Origin: Catajapyx aquilonaris
Taxonomy: Eukaryota
Direction: 5' to 3'
Length of the DNA stretch: 20,000 nucleotides
Assembly: GCA_000934665.2 (NCBI GenBank)
Contig: KZ538831.1
Location: forward strand, 115,585-135,584
Within the stretch, counting starts at the first letter, position 1; each line of letters begins with the position of its first letter. Below the pieces are notes generated by a model. That model made no database searches. It worked only from the letters and a program-made list of their open reading frames with translations, and was not told the origin of the DNA. The translations under genes were made by a program, and so were the position numbers. Below, piece after piece: positions 1 through 10,300 of this stretch.

Positions 1-457
1 CCCCTCCCGGAAGCTCGACCGCATAGTTCCGGATGAATTAACTCCCACGGTCTCCTGATCAGCGTCAGGAATTGCCTGCGATCAGAAGGACTCGTCCACA
101 ATCCGGATGTAATTATCCGGGCTTTGCTGCCACATATTTCCCCGTCTCTTGGATACGCCTCACTTGGAGGGGGCTTCTCCTGAATTTGCCGATTTATTGC
201 CCTCAACCTGCAGATTGCCGCAGCTTCCTGTACTCTCAACGCGGATTTCCCACCCACCTGAACTTCACGCTTGCAATCAACCGAAACTTACGGCGCAACT
301 AACATAACAAACTCAACTCATTATGAACGATTTACAGTAGTAATCACACAGCTAATGATCATGTCCATATTTGGACTAATGGCTCCCACCTTTATTTCCT
401 TCCGGGACCTACCTAATTCTCTCGCCTTACTCTATCACCCGACCTAACAAGTTATGC

Positions 458-595
<138 letters not shown>

Positions 596-1428
596 TGGAT
601 TCATTAGAGTAGGCCTATACAAAACGATTCATAAGCCTATATACGTCGTATTAAAATGGGGACATGATTCTGGTAAATTGAACCTGGGATAGGTTATTTG
701 TACGGAAAGTTGAATTTCCTGGCAGAATTTGTGGGATTTCTCCCAATTCCGTGTTTTCATTGGTGGGGCAGCCTGGGAAACTCTGCTTTTCAAACCTGAG
801 AATCTAGGGCTTCCGTGTAAACACATAAAGTTGTGAATGATGAGCACAGGTCGAACAGGATATCTTTCCACTGGCATGTATCGCATGATATGTCTACATA
901 GTGTACAGCCGGATTAGCAGGTCGTTGCATTGTCCCATCTCAAGTAACAATAAGTTGCATGCTACAATTTTTTCAGACCATGTCAAAGTTTCCCAGTTGG
1001 TGGCACTTTTTTTTTCTTCTTCTTCATCTGGATGAACCAATCATAAAGCCAGGGTTGGTGACTTTCTTATTGGTTCCCTGCCAGCTCCTCACAACCACGG
1101 AAGCGGACACCCAATAACATGGGACGCTTGACCATTATGCACAGGACACGCAATGGCGACTTCACGCAGAGACCTCTGGAAAAAAATTTGTACAAAGTTT
1201 TCTCAACCTAGAAAGCACCTGTAGTAGAGTGGTTGAGTGATTCGCTATAATTGTGCCCACACCTACATGCATCATTACTATGATTCCCTTTGGGAGAGAA
1301 AGCAGATCGACGATTCGATCGACAGCATAAACCAGGCTTCATAAAAGTGTCGGGCCCATTAGGCCTAATAAAGATTTTTCCGGAGAAGTGCCATTAGACA
1401 AATGAGCGCGACCACGGAGTACCAGCAG

Positions 1429-1456
1429 TCTAGAGGGAAAAACCCCTCCCTCTAGA
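1429..1456. repeat. Short perfect inverted repeat (10-bp stem, 8-nt loop)
   Basis: TCTAGAGGGA (1429-1438) and TCCCTCTAGA (1447-1456). Confidence 0.8.
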
Positions 1457-3142
1457 GTTGTCTTATAGCCCCCATGGCACGTCCAGTCCCCCCCAATAAG
1501 AGTAATAGCAATCATATTCTTGGCTCACGCGTCCGTGCAAAGGACACTCGGTCAGAGTGTGTGTAGAATTGGAAAAACGATGACCGCTTATCTGGTCTGA
1601 ACGGGGTTACTCGAGTGCAACCTGCACATGCACACGTACACATTGCACCGCCTTCCGATATTGACCTGTCCCCTGACGGTGATTTACAGTCGGGTTTAGA
1701 ACCGCGTTGTCTCGCGCACCTGGTTTTTCCTTGCATGTAAAATGTGGTGGGGGTTGAAACGGTGCTAATCTGTCAAGGCGAATATCTACAAATGCATATA
1801 TTTGTCGGGTGGTAGCGGCAGATCATTAATGCCGTCTGACACTTGGTTGGCGAGTCCCGCAAAATTATTTGCACCGTCAATCAAGCCTCGCATCAAAGCT
1901 GCCCCACTAAATATCTGATGACAGGAACTCGATACAAATATCGCTGGTTCACCAAATCAAACACCAATCCGTTTTTCTGCCTGTAGTCACACCCGGACAC
2001 CCCTTCCATCCTCCTGCAGAGGCATAGCTCACAATGGACCACATTGTTAACACAACGTGCCGGGAAGAGGAAACCTGTCGATTGGCTGATGACAGCAACA
2101 TTGGCATCATTTTTGGACAGGACGTTCCCGGGAAACAGATTAATTTCGCGGCTATAGGAAGGTACTAGTGGGGGCTTCATCACTCGATAATGGTAGCCAA
2201 TAACTGTGCGCCTGACCGGAAGCAGGAGTCTCTTGAACACTCATTTGTGCATGCCGGGTTTCACTCCAGTTCAATCAGACTAGACATATTTGGGCGCGCT
2301 AACTACGCTCGACCCAGTACATGTTACCAGGCAACCGGTTGCAAACAAGCAGGTAAATGAACGGTGAACGACGAGACAAGGTGTGGAGGCCAAAAATGGA
2401 ACACACAAAAAAATAATTTCAAAAATGGAAAGACAAGAGGGTGACGTCCCAGCAGTCATTACAGCTGAGGAAGGGAACAGCAAGCAATGAAGCGATTATC
2501 CAAATTAGACGGGAAATTAAGCGTGACGAGTGATTCGGCAGCGAATTCCATCCGCTGCCAATGGCACATCTCTCCCTTCACTTTTTTTTCGCATCGTGTC
2601 CTCGTTGATAAGGAGCAGTCAACTTTTTTTCAAATTCTATTACGTATTAAAACGGGTCGATATTCCTTCTCCTTCGAGGCTTTCTTGCAAAACCACCAAG
2701 CTTGCTGCACAGAGGCAGAGAGACACACTCCTCTGATTTATTCGCCGAATGAAACTGACTCTGTCACACTTCATTTCCCTCTTGTCACATTACAGTAAGG
2801 CCTTTTTTTTGGGGGGGGGGGAGGAAAAAGGCAGGGGAGATGGGAGGGAGTCCTTAATTCTCATTTCATAGGATAGGGATGGTACGAAAAGCCCGTCCCT
2901 TGCATTACAGTAAAGGCTTCTTTCAAACGTGACTTCAAGGTGAGGAAAAAGCATGTGATGCACAATGATATAATATGGAACCATTGTGGAGACTAAGTAC
3001 TATCCAAGAAAAAAGGAGTCAGCCATCAGGTGCATATGCATATAGCTATCCCGGAGAAATGTACAGATGCCAATGGGAAAAATTTCGTGTTCCATTTGCG
3101 TCTGGTAACTCGACTATATAGGCCCATGAAAAGATTTTGGGA

Positions 3143-3212
3143 CCTAACGGTCAAAGGTGTATAGGTGTGATTTAGTATACTATATCACACCTATACACCT
3201 TTGACCGTTAGG
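3143..3212. repeat. 70-bp near-perfect palindrome without spacer (possible TIR-only MITE remnant)
   Basis: CCTAACGGTCAAAGGTGTATAGGTGTGATTTAGTA|TACTATATCACACCTATACACCTTTGACCGTTAGG: 34/35 pairs, centre between 3177 and 3178. Confidence 0.95.
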
Positions 3213-3985
3213 ATTAGTATGGTGCGGAGCCGTGGAGTGTCGGGGTGTACCGCTGGTGGTGTCATGCGAGCCGAATCCAGGCTGAGCACCGAATCAGGTG
3301 AAAATTGAAGGGGGGGGGGGGAGGCTCGGCGTTAAATCCTGCTGAGATCCTTGGCCTAACCAGTATATCGATAGCACCTATTTGAGGGGCAATCTAGCGG
3401 CCAAATTGGTGGGCAAACAACATTAGAATGCACCAGAGCTTAACTAACAGCAAGTCCCGCCTCCACTTCAACTGCAACCTAGTAACACGGCCCCCGCTTC
3501 CCCCAACCGTCTATTTGCCCTTCCCCTCATGTTTGTTCAGTTGGTTTGTTTCCTTCGCGACTCAGAAGTGACTATTAGGCCTCCTCCACCTCTTCCTCAT
3601 CAGAGATAGCAGACTGAGACTGCGACTATCACGCACACACCTCCACCTCCATAAGCCTACTTAAATCTCTCCAATTGATCCGTCCCGTCACGTTTAAAGA
3701 GAGAGCCCAAGTGGGGAAACAGCGATTCATTCATCTTAGTCCGGGAAGTGGGTTTCAAACGCAGGCTGACGTTGTCGCCTCGAATCTATCTCCGACTGGA
3801 CATGTTCTTCCAGCCATAAGGCGTGAGCTGCTCCAACCTTACTCGCTTGTGGAGATTGACCTTTCTCAAGGGCCGGCTGGATTGCGGAGTTAGCAGAGGT
3901 GATATGCCTAACATCAGCCAAGCTTCATCTTTGTTTCCGTGGAGCATGACAGGAAGGTTGGGTGTGTATTCAAGCTATTCATTAA

Positions 3986-4116
3986 GGTGCGTTTACATGT
4001 GAGTGATTTGACGAGCGAAATCTTCGCTGAAATCGATTTTCGCCTCAAATTGGTTACTTGGGTTACTTAGCCTCGGCGAAGATTTCACTCGTCAAATCGC
4101 TCACATTTACTGCAGC
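3986..4116. mobile_element. MITE, PIF/Harbinger (Tourist)-like, degenerate
   Basis: Arms 3997-4030 and 4073-4106 are reverse complements at 31/34 positions and extend imperfectly to GGTGCGTTTAC / TTACTGCAGC. The left flank is TAA. The GGTGCGTTTACA terminus resembles Harbinger TIRs (from memory, not searched). The right TSD is not intact. Confidence 0.7.
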
Positions 4117-5793
4117 TATGCATGTGTGTACAGTATCTGCCTCGATATTCTGATCTTGCTACTGCCACCTGAGCTAAGGATATTATTTACAACGATTTAT
4201 CACACTCGGTTGTCCTTTTGTCAATGCTGGATGTCATACCGTACAAGTCGAATTCGCGTTCAAAGTGAGCAGTCCTGAATTACACACCGCTGTGAGCGAC
4301 AGGAACTTCAATCAGCTGTCCGTACAGTAACTAATAGGAATGTTACCCAAAACATCCCTTTTGTGCTGAATAGGTTACAGTGCTGTTACAGTGTCATTTA
4401 TCCGTGATCAAGAACCGTAAAAAAAGATAATTTCCATTAATTCATTTGCATGCAATAGATGCTCTGTAGCACAATGTGCACAGTACAATAGTAATGCAAT
4501 ACGCATTTAAATAATATGAAACTCTTGATGGTGTCATATTGCAGGGAGTCCAATACTGATCCAAAACTGGTGCAGAAAATAAGTTTAAAAAATGTTTGCC
4601 ACACACGTGAAAATATTGTCCGTGTCATGACAGCATTCTTCTGGCACGCCTAAGATCTATGCCTACACATGGTCATTCATCAGGCCGACCTAAGTACAAT
4701 ATTCAACATGAAGTATTCATTTCGGACGATTTATATTCAGCGTTGGGCGCAGCAACACGCATTTGGACATGATGAAGAGAAGAGAGGAGAAGCGGGAAGT
4801 TAGTATGCTAAGCAGCGCCACACCACCAAACCGTTCCCAGGCTGTTCTCATTCGGGAAACCAATTTTTCAGCCTGGGTAAATTTCTATTCCCAAGCGAGA
4901 TTTCCGTCCTTCCATCAAGATGGACCTCACCCAGACTCCACCTGACAAGAATACTGTACTTCCTGCTGCTGCTGCCATCCATGGAACCCCCCTTAAGATT
5001 CCTTATGTATACCAGTATATGCTCCTTTCTTGCTTCGGCTAGCTCTCACTCTCTTTCACCTGTGCCAGCTAGCAATGAATAGCACAAAGGAGAACCGTAT
5101 ATCTCGACTTGAGCTGACACTAGGGAATCCTGGGGGCCAGGCCCACAGGGATTATCCTGCACATGTTATTTCGCAGAAGGGGTAAATTATCGGAAAGGGA
5201 GAAAATGCCAGCTGCGGACTACCCAAATTTACTCACTTCCCTGCGGCCGAGAGCTGCTAACCCTCGGCCATTTAGATTCCCAGTTCAGATTGCTATTGCG
5301 GCAAGGCTTCTAATCATTCTCGCCTGGGCTCTGCTGTGCTGCTGGTCTATAACGGCCTCGGCCATTATTGCCACTCCTCCTCCCACTCACGCACCCCTGC
5401 TTGTGCGCCAAAGGAAGGATCATAACTGCTACTTGCTTTCACATAAACGATCAGCCCAAGTCACAATTACTTCGCTTTGATGACACATATACTCACTCCA
5501 GATGTTATTATCTTGACGCCACTTTCTAACTTAGCCAACTCGCTGCCGGTGGGCTCATTATATGACTGCCAGGCCCCTACACTCTTCAAGAAGGCGGAAA
5601 AAGGTTTGTACCCTTTGAATTGTAAATTGCATTGGAATTTTTCATATAATTTAAGTGTGCTTCTTCAGTATGATTCACGTTTCAGAAGCTTCAAAATAGT
5701 TACCACCGCTCTCCACCTGATCCGACCCCACCCTGAGAGAGGATAAACCTGATTCGGATCTAGTACAGTATACCCTGATTACACTGGCGACTA

Positions 5794-5911
5794 AAGTGCA
5801 GAAAACCAAACGACGATCTGACGTCATCGTTTCTTACATTGTTGATACTGTTTACTCATATTTCCATGGAAACCTTGATGACGTCAGATAGCCGTTTCGT
5901 TTTCCGCACTG
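5794..5911. mobile_element. MITE, Tc1/mariner-like (TA TSD, CAGTG terminus)
   Basis: 35-bp TIRs at 5794-5828 and 5877-5911 match at 30/35. Flanked by TA at 5792-5793 and 5912-5913. The right end reads CACTG|TA. Each TIR contains TGACGTCA. Confidence 0.75.
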
Positions 5912-7016
5912 TAGACCAAAGAGTATTCATATGCGGTTTATCCTACTTTTAGGGCCCAAAAAAGCAATCTGGTACATTTATATTTTTGAAAGGACGGCGA
6001 CAGTTTGAAACTGTTTCCAAGTGTAGGCCGTAGGGCATGAGGAATTATGGGGCGAATCTCCCCGTGGGCGTCACTCGTTTCGTCTCCCTCCCTCCCTATC
6101 CCTCCGTCCCCTACTCCCTATAGCGCCGGGGTTGCGTTCCTGGAAAACGCCGAGTAATGCGAATCCGCGTAATGCAAACTCACTTTAACATGGGAACGAG
6201 CTCAGTCCACCAACAAGCTCCCTTGCCTGTCACATAATTGCCTGTTTATAGCCACGCCATCTCAAATATCTCTAGCCCCAAAATTATATGAAATTGCGTT
6301 ACACCCATTCAGGTCATGTACTTTAATTATGCGCTTGTTGAGTCGAATATTTTCAATTACCCCATCTTAGCTTTCAGGCTTACTCATGTATATTACACTA
6401 CCTAATATCACCTTTAGGCATACTAAAACAAGAGTAGTTTAAGAGTACTTGCTTAATAATTTTCTTTGTTAAATTATAATCAGGTAGTTGCTTACAGGAA
6501 TCTCTCTTAGCAAACAGCATACATTATACCTTGTTTTTGGCAAATGCAGGCTCTTTGTTGCTGGCGACACTGCTTGTACCTTTGCCTCTCGCAGACCTAT
6601 AATTCCCCATATCCGTGTGCAATTGAATGCGGAGGAGGGAATGTAATCAGAGGTCCCTGCTCCCTCGCCTCCCTTCCCCCTCTCTTCCTCCCTCCCTTCC
6701 CTATTCTCCCCAAACAGACCGCAACCAGACGCCTTCAAATCCCCAATCTGACTGGCATTGGGCGGACTTCGTTATCGGAAGAGGCGGCTATTGGAAATCG
6801 ATCGTTGTCGATTGGTATCAGAAATATGGCTTTTGAGCATTTGGTGAGGGCTGCTAACAATCGATAAGTCGCGTTCCACTGCAACACGTGCCTGCCACCC
6901 TATAATACACCAGGCTTTTATCCTAATTATAATCATTCATACCTTACAGAATACGAGCTTATACATTCATTTTGTTGTAGAAATGTCATTGGTATTAACA
7001 TTGTATAGCCTAGAAA

Positions 7017-7306
7017 GAGAGGCTTGGTGGTCTGGTGGTTACGCCACTGGCCAGCCAAGTGGCAGGCCGGGGTTCAAATCTCGTCCCCGTCACCTCTGCT
7101 TGTCCGGGTCTTTTTCCGCTTTTCACCCGACATGCCGGGGAAGAATTGCACTCCCTACTCTGCCCAGGGCCAGGAGAAAAGGTCTGGTGTATTTCAGAAA
7201 GTCAGAAATGACTATTATTACACAGCCCTCCCTCGGGAACCTCCCCCTTGCCCCCTAAAAGGGCTCCGCCCTATCACGGGGTTAATTAAACAAATAAATA
7301 AATAAA
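7017..7306 (+). mobile_element. Full-length tRNA-derived SINE (tRNA-Gly(GCC)-like head), about 290 bp
   Basis: 13-bp TSD TATAGCCTAGAAA at 7004-7016 and 7307-7319. Pol III A box TGGTCTGGTGG (7028-7038) and B box GGTTCAAATC (7071-7080). The head (7021-7092) aligns by eye with eukaryotic tRNA-Gly(GCC): TTGGTGGT..GTGGT..GCCnGCCAnG..AGGCCnGGGTTC. The 3' tail is (TAAA)n. Confidence 0.93.
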
Positions 7307-7326
7307 TATAGCCTAGAAAACTCTTT

Positions 7327-7548
7327 GTGGGTCATTATTAAAACCAGGCTACCTTCTTCCGGTAGAACACTTCAAAAAAACATGAATTTCAAATTTAGTT
7401 AGTCTCTTCACGGCCCAGGTGACCTTTTCCTATGGGTGTTGGACCTGAGGTGAAAACGTTCCATATATTAGAAATACGAATTTAGCCTGGGAATTGGGCT
7501 ACCACACATTTGACAAATTAAGGTAGCCTGGTTTTGATAATGACCTAC
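7327..7548. mobile_element. MITE-like element, unclassified, 222 bp
   Basis: 29-bp inverted ends GTGGGTCATTATTAAAACCAGGCTACCTT (7327-7355) and AAGGTAGCCTGGTTTTGATAATGACCTAC (7520-7548) match at 27/29. No clear TSD. Confidence 0.75.
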
Positions 7549-7734
7549 ATTGCCTGCACCTTACAACTTTGTTGGGTGAAATTGAACCAATATTGTTTGA
7601 TAAAATGTGATTACCACGTAGGAAAGGACCTTCTCAACAATTGAGGCAGTGTGGTCGTATTTTTAATTTGAGAAAGAAATGTGTTGGCAACATTGCTATA
7701 AGGGTGGGCGTTTCAGCTGAAGAGTAGAATCGAA

Positions 7735-7850
7735 TGAGAGGAAGAAAAAAAAGAAGGAAGAGAGAAGAGGGGAAGGATGGGGGTCTGGGAGAAGTTGGGT
7801 GGGGGGGGGGCAGAGGGGGCAGCAAGGGGGGCTGCAGAAGGAGGAAGGAA
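7735..7850. repeat. Purine-rich / G-rich low-complexity tract
   Basis: GA-rich sequence followed by several G runs, including G10 at 7801-7810. Confidence 0.7.
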
Positions 7851-8464
7851 CCCCCTACAGTTCTCCATTAGTGGGAAGAAGCTGAAAACACGCTAGTCAA
7901 CAGGGAAAGGCCGGGAAGATTAGAGTCGCTGGCAGTAAATCTACGGGCACAAAGAGGAAAATGGCCGCCTTCCAAAATTGCCTGATTAATGAATCAAAAG
8001 GAGGAGGAGAGGAACAGGTTCCTCCTCGGAAGGAGTCTTCCCGGCACAATGCGACCCCCTCAAAAAAAGAAGAAGAAAAAAAAACCTTCCTCTTCCAAAC
8101 TCGCCCTAGTATTCACTTGGGACTATTTCGACCCAACTGGTATATCTCATCAGGTTCTACCGTGTTTTTATCTTTTGTGGGTGTTTCTAACCGCCCTTGG
8201 ACAAAAAATTGCGATGTCCCCAAAAATGAACCGGATGCTGTGCAACTTGTGACGTCGCCAACCCAAAGGACGTGATTTGTGGATCAGAACTCGTATTCTT
8301 AGGAAAGGCTCGCAAATTACTAGCAGTGATTACAGTAATTTTTAAGTAAACTGGGACATTTTGATGATGACTGTGATACATGTCAAAAAATTAAGACCTA
8401 ACGTACCCTGGGAATCTTTTACTGGCATGACTAGTTTTGTTGGAACAAAATGTTTCAAAATGTA

Positions 8465-8586
8465 CTATGGGGTTCAAATATGGCCACTTTATCCTGGTCT
8501 TGAAGCAACCCTTCGCACAGACCCCACGTTAAGGAGGTTCACGCGCGCGAAGACCATGATAAAGTGGCCATATTTGAACCAGATGG
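8465..8586. mobile_element. MITE with probable TA TSD, 122 bp
   Basis: 37-bp arms at 8465-8501 and 8550-8586 match at 33/37, with the perfect core GGTTCAAATATGGCCACTTTATC. Flanked by gTA (8462-8464) and TAc (8587-8589). Confidence 0.78.
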
Positions 8587-10129
8587 TACCTCTTTATCAG
8601 GTCAGAATTTCAGTGTGTCCACCACCACTTGTCATCTCTTGGGCAGAGATCCACTGAAAGGTCACCTAGTTACCTACTTCCCCCCCCATGCAATAAAGCA
8701 TGTAGTCACTCTGGAGCAGATGGAAAGGCAGCAAGCAGGGCTCCCCTAGCCCCTAACTAGCTATCTAGCTATCTATCCTTTCGTCCTCTGCGCGAATCAG
8801 CTTGGGAGTTAGGCCAAATCGGATTAGTCCTAACTCATATTAATGGTCGCGGGGAAATGGTAGCGAGCAGTACGTCAGCAGGACTCCCAAGGCGCCTGAC
8901 AGCACCCAACAATTTACCCCAATTGCTTTTAATATATTTATGTTAATGGGGGTCGCTTGCTCCTAATTCAATTGGCCGACCCAACACCTGAGAGGCCTCG
9001 CTAATGTACTTCAATCCGAGTTCAGACGTCACACCCCTTGCAAATACTGGCCATAGACCGGATTGCAGACCCCACCCGTTTGACCGCAGGGTTGAGCGAC
9101 GTCTTCCGGCTGATAAGTGAACGATTTTTCGGCGAGCCCCGGGATAAGCTGCCTGGAGGTGGACGTAATGAAGCTGTCGCCGACAACTCACTTTCTCCCA
9201 CCCAATTACTGCACAACTAATTTTCCCTTCACATTTCCCCGCGCACTTATTGCGCCGCTCGAGTCACACGGAATGGACGCCAAAAACGGCCTTGTCAACC
9301 CAGCATTGTTGAGATGCCGCCATTTTTGGGCGCCAGACGCATGGCTTGAATCTATGGTTTGTTCAACTAATATATTATTCTTTTGGAAGACTGGCGAGAG
9401 GAAAGATGTCCGGTAGAGGGACTAATTAGCAGTGTTGTCACATTTGCTCATCAAGTAGTGGGTGGAGGCCAAATTCCAGATATTGGGCAAAGTCCCCCGC
9501 ATACTAATAATCATGTGGGAGGGAGTCCTTCTTGGCAGCTACAACGAGCTTTTCCAGGGCACCCTACCCCTCCAACCCCGTACAATAAAAGCCAGCGCGG
9601 AAAGTTAATTATGTAAAAGAGCACAGTGGAGCGTGCCCCAAGGCAACACGCTGGGTTTGTCATTAAAATGACTTGGGGGTGGGTAGGTGGGGATGAAAAG
9701 GTGATTCATTATTCATTGGACTGCCTTTCTCGCCGACAATTTTTACCCCCCTTCAAGTAGGACGATAAGGAAGCTATGTGCTTGTCTTGGCCATCATGCG
9801 TGTCCTCAACACCTACCCATTTGCTATTCCAGTTGGCATTACTAGCTCCAAGTGCATATCAGGAGGCCTTCATGTCACCGCGACGATGGTATGACGTTTC
9901 GCTGAAACACTGTGCCAAGACTATGGGGTTTTGATAAATATTTGCTCCTTTCAAGAGAGAGCTGCTTGTTCATATCATAGATGCGTTCAACAAAGGGGAG
10001 CTGCTGACTGTAATTATGTGTTGCAGTTTTTCTCGATTTTTGACAAGGTTTATTGCTATCCACCATGCAAGTAAGAATAATTACCATTCCTGGAGGCATT
10101 CACGTTAGCAATGCCCTTCAGGCGACAAT

Positions 10130-10300
10130 GTGCCCTTGAAAACACCATAAACTGGGATTTCTACGCTACTCAACAATATTATCGTGTACTGTCGAACGTT
10201 GTGGTCAATTTTTATTCTGAATATTACCGATTGAACCGTTGCGTTGCAATCGAAATGTTTCTGTGAAAACGATATAATATGTTGTTGGGATCAAGGGCAC
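10130..10300. mobile_element. Possible decayed MITE
   Basis: GTGCCCTTGA (10130-10139) and TCAAGGGCAC (10291-10300), plus a gapped extension AACACCATA / TATGTTGTT. No TSD. Confidence 0.3.

Noticed and set aside
1034..1076. Imperfect inverted repeat with two CCAAT boxes (15/18)
   Set aside because: Too short to call a MITE or promoter without a linked transcript.
1915..2100. CTGATGA hammerhead-core motifs
   Set aside because: No stem II followed by GAAA and no closing helices.
5750..5778. Partial similarity to miR-10 (ATTCGGATCTA; TACCCTG)
   Set aside because: Only an 11-nt match, no full mature sequence and no proper precursor hairpin.
7021..7092. Functional tRNA-Gly gene
   Set aside because: The acceptor and anticodon stems are disrupted, and it is the head of a TSD-flanked SINE.
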